Source: Asterias rubens | Taxonomy: Eukaryota | Assembly (NCBI RefSeq): GCF_902459465.1 | Contig: NC_047080.1 | Span: 12,090,001 to 12,154,000 of the forward strand | Direction of reading: 5' to 3' | Length of the DNA: 64,000 nucleotides | Shown here: positions 10,234 through 58,447 of the stretch, one piece after another | Layout: each line of letters starts with the position of its first letter | How positions within the stretch are numbered: position 1 is the first letter of the stretch | Program-made: the position numbers and the translations under genes | Notes under the pieces: generated by a model | Told to the model about the DNA's origin: nothing | Seen by the model: only the letters and a program-made list of their open reading frames with translations | Database searches by the model: none

Positions 10234-13200
10234 TCAGTCTTCAGTGGTCGGCCATCCTCCCGACACCCTGCGTCTCACCATCTCTGGCCTGCGTAGTCTC
10301 CTGGGGTGTGGCCTGGGTGTCGGCCTCGCCCCAGCCCTCTTGAGGTTGCACTCGCACACCTCAACGAGGGCGCTTACCTTCTCAAGGAGGGAGCTGCCAC
10401 GGAATTTGCGCATTGCGATTGAGAAGAAGCCCTCGAGGAATGCACCAAAGCACATGCCTGCTCCGATTCCTTCATGGCTGTCTAAAGTCCAGCGCCGTGT
10501 GATGTCGATATACATGATATCGATTGCTGCCATTGTGATGCCATTACTGCAAAGCTTGCATTTCCTACAAAAAAAAAGTATAAATTTGTACACAATTGAA
10601 GCTTTGATAAACATATACATGTAAACACATTACAGCTGTTTAATGTTTCTAAAAGAAGTTTTAAGAACAGTGCCTTCAGTAAACAAAATTAACACATTTT
10701 TAATCTTTCTTCATTTCTTTTCTTTTTCTTTTTCTGTTTGTTGTTGTTTTTTCTTCTTTTTTATCGCAGTATGAATTATTACCAATACTGATATAAATCA
10801 AGCTGAAGAATTTCCCGTCGGAAAATATGTGGTCCACAAGAAAGTTGATTTGTTGCCAACGTGACATTACCTGCTAAACATTCTAAATCCTGTCGCTCCC
10901 ATTCGATGTGCCCCTTTCACTCCCAGGAACTGATTGAACAATCCAGCAACGTGCTCCATCACTCTCAAGTGACTGTAGCGTTCTCCATACTTCCTGGGCC
11001 AGATTTCCTCCAAGCAGGACTCGTCTATAGCCACGCCTTCCTTCCCAGCCTCATCATCGGAGGAGTTGGGCGTGGCTGAGTTGGGCGTGGCTGATCGGAC
11101 AGCTGCCTGAGAATGATGAGAGCCATCTGAGTTGGGCATTGTATGCCTGCAACAAAGTAACATGTAATAAACTTTAATGTGTGCAGAAATTTTCGAGAAC
11201 TGGTAGGCCTATAGTTCTGTAGACTGTAGCAATAACCATGGTGCTCCAGTTCAAAAGTAAACTTGATAATGTCCTAACATCACCAGGCATGAATGAGTGG
11301 TCGGCCACCAAAGTCCACTAAAACATGTTTGTGTCAATGACTGCATTACACAAATGCACAATGCAAGGGGCAAGACAGTCGTGTTGTGGTGCTTTTGTTC
11401 TGCAGTGTCATCTGGATTGCAAATGAGAAAATTGGTTAGCCTTGTCGATGTCTCTTTACTTGTGTGTACCCCCTAGAATATCAGTGCAACCTCAAACCAG
11501 GCTAGCATGACACACTGTTTGTGTTGTACTGTATGCATTTTACTGTATATGGGGATTGTATTACTGAAGGCCTTTTATTGTGGGGAATCAATGAGGTTCT
11601 GTGACCTACCTTGATTTGAACTCCTTGGCATGTTTTCCTGGTTTGAGGAGTCTCAACGTGTCTTTGATGAGTGAGATTTTAATCTCCTCATCAACAGGGC
11701 TTGGTTTGGATTCAACGATGCCAGGCGATACTTCATGTTCAAAGTCAAGTCGCAGACTGGGGTTTGCATTGACCTCTAATAGAATCGGTTTCAGCTCATC
11801 CGTCACAAGAATATCAAAACCCAAAATCTGCAACAAAGAAAATTAAAAAAATTAAACTATAGTTTCAATTCTGGCGAGTTTCTAATCATTTCACATCAGG
11901 AAAAAATTTAAGTGCCACTTGACTTGAACATAACTGCTTCTATTCAATGGTACCTCCATAGGCAAAGATTGTTGACTGATTAGCCACCTGTTGCCGATGC
12001 TGCTTAATCCTAAGGAGTTGAGATGGTTTCAGGAATGCCGTTAGCAAAAAACGGGGGAAGTAGAAGTGTCGAGGCTGTCTGAATGAAGTGGAACTCCTAT
12101 CATTTTTACACTTTACTGATTATAAGGTTGTGTACACTTGATCTAATGGTAAATAAGGGTTTAGGACAACTGCGGTAGGAGTTTTTGAATGTTCGAAATG
12201 GTCAGTTAGCAGAAGGGTTAACCAACGATTCTTAAGCTCTTTGATGACAGTATGTATTGTACTAAAACATCTTCTAAACTCTACAAAGGAGAGAATTTTC
12301 CTTTTCTACCTGAAAACAAGACGGAGCGGGTTTCTTCGCAGGTAACTCTGCCTGAAGCTCAACGGTCAAGTCCGGCAACATGGCCGTTATCGTCTTGACG
12401 ACAATCTCCTCAATAGCATCCCATAACCCGACGGCATCATGACCTCGAGAGGCTAGAGCTGTAAATGTACTCGTCAACGTTCGCTTGCTACCACGGTCCA
12501 TAGAGTCCGTGTGAATAAATGTGTCACTCTTCTTGTTGAGCGAGTAGTTAGTCAAATGCATGAAAACCTGATTAATATTACGATTGGTCGGTAGCTGATA
12601 TTTCACCGTACAAAACCGTGCCATTCCTTCCCTACAGATGTAGATTTGCAGCGGGTCAATGGAAGCTAGTAGAACATACACCCTAAGGTCAAACTTGGTA
12701 CGTTCCAATAGCAGGGGCCTTGCAATGTACTCCTGCACAACGGCCCTCCGGACCAAACCAACTGACCCCATGTGATGGGGGTTTGTGATGAGGTAGATCC
12801 CGTCCCCCTGAGATCCCTCATCGGGCTTCACGATAAACACCGGTTTATCATGCGGGTGTTTCTGCTGCATTTCAGCCACGTTTGCGCAGAAGTGGTGGTA
12901 CTGCTCTGGTAGAAGCCACGTCCTTGGGTAAAAGTCAAATTCCTCGGGGAAGAGTTCATGCATCTGATGAAGAAGTTTACTGAGTTGTGCTTTGCGTACT
13001 AGCTCCAACAAACCTACATGAAATAAACAATCACAAATTACACATGAGTGCTTTGGTAAAAAAAGATGATGAAAATAACTGATATTTTTCGGACAAACAA
13101 CGATCAACAGAAGTATGGTACAAGTTTTGTGTTTATGAGTGAAGTATGGTTTTGTGAGGTCCCTTTAAAAAATGTCTAGTTCCTTAAAATTGTTAGGTTT

Positions 13201-14568
13201 CAAACAGACATATAGGCCTATAACAGTTTTGGTAGATTGGAAGGCAATCAAATATCGAGCTCTGTGACTATTTGTTCCCATTCGCTGATGTTCAGCCACG
13301 GGATGGGCTGTAACCCAACACAAGGTAACAACCAGAAAGACAATCATTTGTGCTACTTCAACTACTTAAATACTTTATATTATGTATTTATTCAGTAATT
13401 TGTCAATATCCTTTTGATAAACAAACCTGGAAACTTGTTGACCATCCCTGATTGGATTCCATCGTTGTCATAAAAAGAACACCCGTGCCAGTGGAGATCA
13501 CAGGAGGTTTTACGAGGTCCACAAACCTGTTAATTAGAAAATGCAATGTACTTTCTTATGACAAGAGCATTGATATAATTCACATCTTCCCCAACCTCTG
13601 TTTGTCACAACTTTTCTATAGATTATTTTAAAACTAACCATTGCTAACTGTATGATATATAAACATAATTAATCAAAAGACAAAGTGGGGAAAACATTCC
13701 AAAACATTCGTTCATCCCTATTTTAACCAACATATCCTTCCACTCATCCATGGCGTGAACAACAAAACCATACGCTTAAAAATGTTCGTATCTGACCTCT
13801 AAATTTTGTGTGCAATTACCTGCAGATGAAAGTTTCTATTATTATTTTTAAATAAAAAAAACATAAGCAACTGGTAGTAAATTAATTAATTATTCACCTT
13901 TAACATCAACAAACAAATTAAGGTTATGAATATCTTTTCTTTCTCCATGTGAATATTAACCAAAATATAACATAAACATTCTATTGAGAAATGAAAGTCA
14001 CAACGCACACAAAAACACATTAAAAAAATAAAATCTGAGCAAATTGATTGTTTAACCAAAATTTGTAAAATGAAAAGGTGGCAGTTGATTCAGCATGTTT
14101 TCCCCTCAAATATTGATGTTTAATTTTAATCACCTCTTTCCATCTCCAGCCCAGCTCTTCAAAACTAATTCTTAAAACCTCGGCTCCTGACTTGGCCTTG
14201 GACATTTCCACCGTCAAACATGGCCTCATTCTCCGGTGTCGTACTTTCGCTTTGGACTTGGATTTCTTTTTGATGGCCGGTGAAGACAGATATGGGCTGC
14301 CTATAGATTTGGGCCGAGAAGGAGGTGGTGTTGTGTGGAGGTTTGCTGCAATCCACTCCGGAGATGGGTCAGCGTGATTGGCGACTGCGGTCCCCTGCTG
14401 TGGGGCGTTGAGCACGGCGGTTGGCACAGCTCGACCAACGTCAACGTCGTAAAGTTCGTTTCGATCATTTTCAGGATTCCATATCACTCGTGAATCTGTC
14501 GTTTCGATTGGACCTAACTTAAACATAGAGTTCTTTCTACTTTTAGGAATATTTACACTCATATTCAT
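10234..14568 (-). CDS. TTLL11: Tubulin polyglutamylase TTLL11, 687 aa
   Basis: Exons in transcript order: 14568-14134, 13526-13427, 13013-12310, 11827-11610, 11146-10871, 10564-10234. Total 2064 nt, phases consistent. TTL-domain motifs CDLHWHG..VNKFPG, FYPRTWLLP, FIVKPDEGSQGDGIYLI, KFDLRVYVL, MHLTNYSLN, CFQILGFDIL and LLEVNANPSLR, plus the TTLL11-type C-terminal MAAIDIMYIDITRRW. Confidence 0.95.
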
Positions 14569-15954
14569 ATCCTGTCATGTTGTTATTTCTGTCAAAAGTA
14601 GGTCTTTTTAACCTACGTTAGGCAAACAATACATTCCTAAGTCAAAAATTCTGGTTGTCATATGAATTGTTTATTAGCTTGGTTCCACAACCCCGTTGTC
14701 GTGTAAAATTTCTAGTGCGAAGACAGGACATCGTACCGCTCTGAGTTTGTTGCAAAGAGGCTGCAGTGACCGCATGGTGGCGCTGTTTAAGTTGGTGCAC
14801 AGGGGCGGGAGGGGGGGGGGCGGGGCTAGGAGCAGTTGAATTTAAATTTATTTTTGAATTGGAGCTCGGCTCGGTCTTCTAATCATCTAGCAGAACGAAC
14901 CTAAAAGTTCTAGGAATACTACCAGATGTACTTTCAGATGTTAATTCTTCCCACAACTCAATCAAAACTCTTATTTTTAAAATAAATTGACAAAGTGCAT
15001 ACATTGGTGATTATTGGTTTTATTGCTATCTTTTTTTAATATCACATTGCCATCAATAATGCATTCTTCCCAAGGTTTATGTAAGTTGTAAAAGTCTGCA
15101 ACCATCTGTTGTTCAGCGACATTCATGAAGGCCTCCTGAAAGAATAGCAATATTGTTCTATAAATTCATTACTTATTTCTGTATCTGTAAAATGTAGTGC
15201 ACTTTTTCTCTTTTCTTTTGGCACCTTATCCACTGGACTGTTTGCATCACTTTCCACAACATCCAAGTTTAGCCCAAATTGGACAGCAATTGGATTGTAC
15301 TACTTAGTACTACCAACTAAACCGCCTCTGGCCCTGCCAGTGTGTGTAAAGAAACTACAAACAAGAAAGAGTTTTTTATAGCTAGAGCGTTATTAGAGGA
15401 GCGTTTCTTGTAATTTAGAGGAGCTATTAAAAATACCAGAGGAGGAAACTTTCAAAAGAGTGGCTCCAAGGTCATAATTTACACTGTACTCATTTCACAA
15501 TAAGTCTCTTATTAGAGTGTTAGCAGTGTAAAATGACATACTCCACTAATTGGCATTTGTAACCAAGTACTCTTGCAGCTGATCTGAAATTTTTCATACA
15601 AAATATTTGTTTTAAGTTTTAGTATTACCCAGCGCCACCACTGGTTTCATTTTAATGTTAGCCTCAACTGTTGTCCTGTCCTTTGAAAAGTGCCTTGATA
15701 GGTCAAGGGTCGATTTCATCATCAAAGAGCTGAGATTGATCTTAACCCTGTATCAATCTTAATTGATAATCAAAGTGTAATGTCACAATACAAAACCACT
15801 CTGGCTATATTAAAGGATTAGCTAAAGATGTAGCTTAGTGCTTTGTGAAATCGAGTTCTGTTATACTTATAAAAATAACATCAACATAGAAAAGACTTTT
15901 TCAGTGATTGCATTGTCCAAATTGATGGCTTCAGCAGTAGCTCTCATTAAAACA

Positions 15955-18900
15955 CTATACATCCTCATGTTGATGATTACTTTGAACTATTTGGCGTCGA
16001 ATTGATTTATCCACTCTATTCTGATGAATTTGGAAAGCTGGGGTGACCCACGCACCACAAGAGCACTGAAGACCTGAAAAGATCAACACAAACTTCTTTA
16101 ATTGTTTTGCCAGTTGTGGATGTAATCATTGTATCAGAGATGCAATGTTATTAGGGTTGAATGTGAACTGGCCTCTGGTCCCAATTTCATAGAGCTGCCT
16201 AATAAGCAGATTGCTTATTTTTCTGCTAAGCACAACTAAGCAGGATGTCAGTTTTACTTTGTTCACATGTAAAATGGTATTTTAGCTGGTAACCTTATTT
16301 TGGTAAGCATAATTTTGTTGTACTTAGCCACTTTGTATGCTTGAGCAGCTCTATGATATTGGGCCGTGGTCAGTGGATCTCTGTGGTGGTCTCTGTTGTA
16401 GTCTGCACAGGTTGTGGGTTCAAATCCCCCAAAAGTTGCCTGTGGATTTGATTTCTGCAGAACTTGGGAAGTTGATCTGGCATGTTTTTGCTTGATGGAT
16501 TCTTCCTTTGAAGGTGACAATTGGGAGCTTACGGCTCTGAATATTTTGTTGATCGAAACAAAAATAATTGAGAGTATAATTTACCTGACCAGTTAAAAGA
16601 TCCCAGGCGTGAAGAACACTTTGGGCAGCAGAGCTGAGAAACGGAAAAACGCACAATCCTGATGTTAAAAATTTACGTTTCAAATAACACTAATGGATTC
16701 TCAAGAATTTTCGCTTGATGGATTTCCACTCTACAGCCTGTGATAAAATATCATCACAGCCAGTCACTGCTTTCTTGGAAGGGCAATGTGATTTCAAAGT
16801 AAACCAAGGCAATAGCTTTGGGCATGGCCCTAACTGCCTTGATGAAGTATTGGACCTGTCATAAGGAGCAACAAATCTAATGTGGAATGTCATTAATTTG
16901 TGGTTTGAGAAATTGTCAGGAGACTTGAGGTGTTGTTTAGACAATCAACATCAAGACTAAGGTTTGAACTTACCTTTCCTTCTAAACAACCCACTAATAA
17001 TGGTTCCATCCACTTCACTGGTTCCACAAAAAGGGATGTGCATGATATGGATGAATCCATTGTGCTTGAAGGGGATGTTGTCACAGCGAGAGGATGCATT
17101 TGTTTGTGCCAGCTGAAGCTTGTCTGCCCTTTCCCAGTGATATGAGCAAGAACCATGGATTGAAAGAAAACTGCTCGCCTGTTCCATACAAAAACAAAGT
17201 TTCATTATAATTTATAAAGGTTTAATAACGGTCCGAGGACCTACTGTGAGGTAATGACCCGGCCCATTGTTATACAGCTGTAAAAAGAAGTTAAGCACAA
17301 AAGCTTATGCTCACCAGAATAAGGTTACCAGCCAAAGTACTAGGTCATACCATTTATGACTGGTATACTGCACTTTTTTGCTTAGCAGAAAATGTTAAGC
17401 ATTATTTTCTGTTAAAGCAGCTCTATTCTGTGCTGAATTTCATGGAGCTGCTTTGGTACAAAAAGTAGCGATAATTTAGGTGTACACGGAGATTGATTTG
17501 ATTATAGAAGATGGCGGTTCGCACTGACCTACACTTCCTGCATTTGTAGACGGTTTGTGCTTCAGTCGAGGCAGATTCCTGGGCAGGATCGGCTGCAATG
17601 AACTCTTCAGGTACCTGTGAACCAGCTGGTAGAAACATATATCTTGATGGTCAGTTCATCAGTTTGGGAACATAGATCATAATTCTTGTACATTGCAAAC
17701 ACCACTGTATCTTTTTTCAGAAAGACGACCATAAAACAAAGTTCAATACCAAAAACATCAGTTTACTGTTAATGTCGACTCATCACTGCCATTACCAGCA
17801 TGATGTTTTTTTTGTTTTGTTTTGCTAGAAAGAAGATAGAAAGAAATACTTAAACCAGAAACTATTTTCAGTACCTTGAATATCCGGAGCTATTTGTCCT
17901 AATCTATGTTGTCTGTACAGAGGATGTGACGAAGAAAACTGACAGCCCATTGCCTCAAACAAACAGAGCATATCAACAAAGCCATCGTTAGGTCTGAAAA
18001 TAGATAAACATGAGAAATATTAATAAGTATAATTCACTTCACACTTCCTTGTCTTAATGCTCCTGCATAAACTCTGTCCTTAATAGTGATAATAAGCTTC
18101 TCACTGTGTTTAATTTGTTCGCAAATAATCCCGCATACTTTTGATAGTTGTAGATTTGTGCAAAAACAAAGGGCGCTTTAAACAAAAACATTTTCCACTA
18201 TGTTTAATACAACTTTCAAAACAATACCACATTGCAAGAATTTTGGATTTTCATTAGAAATAAAAGCTTTCCAACGTCACGTTTCCATCGTCCTTATCAT
18301 CAGGGCCCAATTTCATAATGCCTGTAAGCACAAAAATTTGCTTAGCATGAAAATTTCTTCCTTGATAAAACAGGATTACCAACCAAATTTTAATTTGTTG
18401 CATATATTCAAATGTTGTTAGCTAAATCCTGAAAATCACATTGGAAATTTGGTTGGTAATCCTGTTTTTATCAAGGAAAAAATTCATGCTAGACAAATTT
18501 TTGTGCTAAGCAGCTCTATAAAATTGAGCCCCGGTCAACAAACCGGCCGAGTCCAAGGAAAGTCGGTTGGCCCTATATAAACAAACAGCATACTTACTCT
18601 GTGCGTGGGTGCTTCTCCTTTACCAAATCAAATGCCTTCTGGAATGTTATTTTATCTCGATGCATCAAGTATGCAATTACTATAGTGGAACTCCTAGAAA
18701 TCCCCATCATACTGTATGGATCAAGGACAAAGATATATCATTTTTATTAGCTTTTTTCAGGGTGCTACTGATGGTGATTTGCTGGCTTAAAAAATGGCAT
18801 TTATTTAGTGTAAAACATCATGTCCACTACTCCTAGAAATGAGATTCGTTATGCCATATTAGACCATAGTAATGAACATCTCATTCATAGTTTGTTGGCT

Positions 18901-19318
18901 ACCTTTACCATTACAATATCCACTACTGTTTTCTTTTTCAATTCTCTTTCTTTGGTCTTTGGACTTTGTTCAACCCAAAAAAATCAAAATTGTTATAAGT
19001 AACCAGCTATTATACAAACCAATGAACAAGGATGTTCCCAGACGACGTCAGAACCTCATCAATAAACGCTATGCATTCCTCAAAGTGGCTAAGAATATCT
19101 GCAGATGGCATATCATTAATATACACAAACTTATGGTTAAGATTCAACGCAGAGATGTCTGGTTTGGACCACTCGATTGACAAGACGTGAGTGATGGAAT
19201 GTTTCAGTAAATCATGTTGTCCCTTTAAGGTGAGGACTGCATCCCGGCTACCGAGAAAGAGACCCTTGCAGACCTCGTCCATGTGGTATGGTTTGTTGTC
19301 GGGGCTTCCCTCTGCCAT
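15955..19318 (-). CDS. DUSP12: Dual-specificity phosphatase 12 (YVH1 orthologue), 333 aa
   Basis: Exons 19318-19020, 18711-18598, 17993-17875, 17625-17529, 17178-16974, 16633-16585, 16073-15955 (TAG). Total 1002 nt. The catalytic loop VHCMMGISRS (Cys codon split by intron 1) fits HCxxGxSR. PNDGF follows, then the C-terminal zinc-binding module YKCRKCR..LFVEPVKWM..CPKCSSRLGSFNWSGLQCSCGAWVTPAFQIH typical of DUSP12/YVH1. Confidence 0.95.
18303..18531. mobile_element. MITE family A copy with roughly 95-bp near-perfect inverted arms, in DUSP12 intron 2
   Basis: The left arm aagcacaaaaatttgcttagcatgaaa..gataaaacaggattaccaaccaaattt is mirrored by aaatttggttggtaatcctgtttttatc..catgctagacaaatttttgtgct. 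Confidence 0.8.
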
Positions 19319-19334
19319 TTTCAGCTAAAGCTTT

Positions 19335-55115
<35,781 letters not shown>

Positions 55116-56489
55116 TCCTTCCCCCCCTTTTAGGTCAAAGGTCAACCATGTTATGAAGTCAAATACCCTGTGAAAGATCAGATCACAAGAGGGAGCCCTT
55201 CAGCTGCACATCTTGGTGGACTCCTTTGTTTGAGGTATTTCCTGTACATTTTGCAGTTTTATAAAGGTATCAGTTTGTGCATACCAATGGTAGTCCCATG
55301 GTATCGTCCATTGGTCGCAAGGAGCATTTCTTCTTTTCATCTTGGAAGGGATGGGCGAGATCTTGTTGCAAAAGTAATGAATCTCCACGAGCGCTTCACT
55401 TGTACTCTGCAGCATCTAAATTAAATGGAGCCTGACAACAGCAAAATAGGCAACCCAGCGAGTCATCAAGAAATGTCCTCTGGTACAGGGGTGTTATTGT
55501 TCGCCGCAGGAGTTAAGAGCTTCAAACATTTCTTGTATCCAGCAGAACCAATCTGAGAAACGGAGAGGAGATTAGAAACAAATTGTATTTGGAAAAATGG
55601 TAGGTATTTTTTCATCAAATAGCTAATTGCCTTTTTCAGAGGATACCGTTCCTTTCTAGCGCCCTCACATGGTGATTTGTTGTAAAGACGAGATGTATAT
55701 TTGGCTAAAAGGACTAACTTTTTTTCACCTGTACAGTAAAAAGTTGTAAAAATTCATTGATAAAAGGTAAATTAAGAAAAGGCAGTAAACAGTTCTCTGT
55801 GTTAATGTGCAAATGATTCTTAATGAGCAATTTTGGACTTTAATGTTGGACTTTATCTTTTAGTATTGGTTTCTGTACATTGACATTTGTTGTGCTGCGG
55901 CCATCTTGGATTTTTGTCCCATTCAAACCAGTGTATCCAAATGGAGGCTGGGAGAAAAGAAAAGACTGGTGCCATTTGTAAAAATATGATGTCAATCAGG
56001 GTCTGGAATTATAGTTGTATTAAGAAACTTGACAAGGGTGGTTGCAGCACAACGAATTGTCCGTTAAGTTGAAATTGGAAGTGGCCAGAATTTATACATT
56101 TTTGAGTACTCTATTCGTCTAAACAGCTCAAATTATTTTGTTTTCTAGTCATATTCTACAACAGTTCAACTGTATTTTTGCTGCAAACATAAGCATTTCA
56201 AAAAAGAAATTGAAAATAAAAAAACCCACATTCTGGTGTGATTTTTCATGACCTGTATGACTTTTCAACAGACAAAAAAATCATTGTAAATAGTTGTATA
56301 ATTCTAGCTATTTAAAATATCAGCAATTTTCAGCCAAAGCTAAAAGTAGACTACAGAGCGGCCATATTGGTATTTAGTTCCTTGTCACATTTTTTGAAAC
56401 CGTGACTATGGACCCGACTTGGGTTCTGTCTGTAATTTTTCAAATGTTTGCTTTGGTACAGGGCTTCAGATAAGAAGACAAAGCCTTAA

Positions 56490-56825
56490 AGGCACTGGAC
56501 ACATTTGGTAATTACCTTAAAATAATTGTTAGCCTAAAAACTAACTTGGTAACAGTTAATGGAGAGAGCTGTTGATAGTATACAACATTGTGAGAAACAG
56601 CTCCCTCTGAAGTAACATAGTTTTTGAGAAAGAGGTAATTTCTCACTCGAATATTAAAAGACTTTTGGCCTGAAGCTTTTTGAGGCATCAGAAAGCACAC
56701 AAATTTGTTTTGTTTTTCGTTATTCTCATGCAGCTTTAATAACAAAATTTTCACAGCTATGCTAAGTTGGGATTCACCAACTGAGAATACCGGTCTTTGA
56801 CAATTACCAAAGATGTACAGTGCCT
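56490..56825. mobile_element. TTAA-type MITE family C
   Basis: TIRs aggcactggacacatttggtaat / attaccaaagatgtacagtgcct, with ttaa at both flanks. Confidence 0.75.
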
Positions 56826-58314
56826 TAAGCGATAACTGAAGCCAATTAGTCATGGTTTTGTAAGCCTTGGAGGAATATAGACTGGTCCCTGTTTTGGTGT
56901 TGTGAATCAGTATTGTGATTGTAGTTGAGCAAAAGGAAATCTGACCAAGATGAAGGTAGTTGTTTGTCCGTCTTTGACTACGGCTAATTTGATTTTGGCT
57001 CCGGTAGCAATGTTGAGTTTTAGGCAGAAGAATGACTTTAATAAGCGTTTCCCAATGCCAGTGTATTTCTATGTACAAAAACTATACCCCAAAACACCGA
57101 ACCTCCACTGGCTGTTTTTTTTCAATTCGTGGGTTTATTTTGCTTACTTAAAAGTACTTTTCTTCCCGTAACCATAACAAGTTTTGTTGATTTAGGTCTT
57201 AAAGCATTGCCGAACTCTCTCCCAATCACTGTGTGAATGAAACATGTATTCTTGAGAATTTTCCACTGCATACTCTTCGTTTGTTACTTTTTGGAAGGGA
57301 TTCAGTCAAAAGGTGTTCAATTCTTTTACAGTTTGTCCACATAAATCTTGGACCAGTGTAAAATACCTTTAGCTGGGCTCATTTTGATAAAGCTGGTAAG
57401 CAGAAAACAGTGCTTTTGCTAAGCAGGTTGATAACAGGGCCCCGTTTGTAACAATGGCTCTATCCAAGAAGCCCTTTCTATTAAAAGTAGCCAAAGTTTA
57501 TGGAGGTTTCACTGTCTGATTCGTATCAGCATTTGAAATGAAGAAAATGGGGAATCCTATGAATTTATGAGAAAATTATGATGCAACATTTAAAAACCTT
57601 CCATATAATCAGTGTTGTATCTTGCCTGCCGGGAATGCCATGGAATGTACAAGGTCACTCTTATTGGAAACAAGGGGGACATAGTCAGTACTTGCTGTTG
57701 CAGTATTTGCTGCGCTAAGTAATGTTTTTGTGCTTATGAGTTTTGCGAAGTTGAGCGCTGAGCAAAAAGGGTATTCGAAGTTGCTGTATAATGAAAAGAT
57801 ATGCATCAAAATTTATTTCCTAGACAATATCATCTCGATATTGTTTGTTTTAGATAAGCATCATACTCGATGCTTTTTAAGCAAGTTCTGTGATGTGGTG
57901 CATGAATTCACTTGCTATCTTACTTAAGTGGGATTCGAACCCACAGCCCAAATACATGTAGCAGATGTCTCACCACTAGACTACTGAGCATTGACAAATA
58001 GTCCTCTTGTGAACTCTAGTGCCGTTCAATTTAATCAGTTTTTCTGATGCCGCAGTATTCATTGAGTTCTAAAATCTGTGTCTGCCTGCTAAATAGGGAT
58101 TGTAATTCTTACAGCTTATGTGCAATTTGTTAACATTTATCAGCATTCTGATCGACAGGCTGTGTATAACCTTGTAATTACGCTTGTAGAATTGTTCATT
58201 ATTTGTTCTTTTAAAACAGTCGTATTGTCAAGTTTGTTGCGCCTTAGTTGATTTATATCATCAACAATCTTCTATCATTGCTGGACATTAGACTTATTTT
58301 AATTGTAATTGATT

Positions 58315-58447
58315 TAGGCCATGTCCGAAACTGCAACTTCGGCTACAGCTACGGCTAGATCGCACGCATCAGCCCTTTCTTCAACACTGGCAGGTGCGCT
58401 GATTTAGCCGTAGCTGTAGCCAAAATCACTGTTTTGGACAAGGCCTT
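58315..58447. mobile_element. Short palindromic MITE
   Basis: aggccatgtccgaaac..ggctacagctacggcta / tagccgtagctgtagcc..gttttggacaaggcct. Confidence 0.65.

Noticed and set aside
16420-16944. Short ORFs in DUSP12 introns as a nested gene or transposase remnant
   Set aside because: No recognisable motif. Apart from the true 49-nt exon there are no coherent splice phases.
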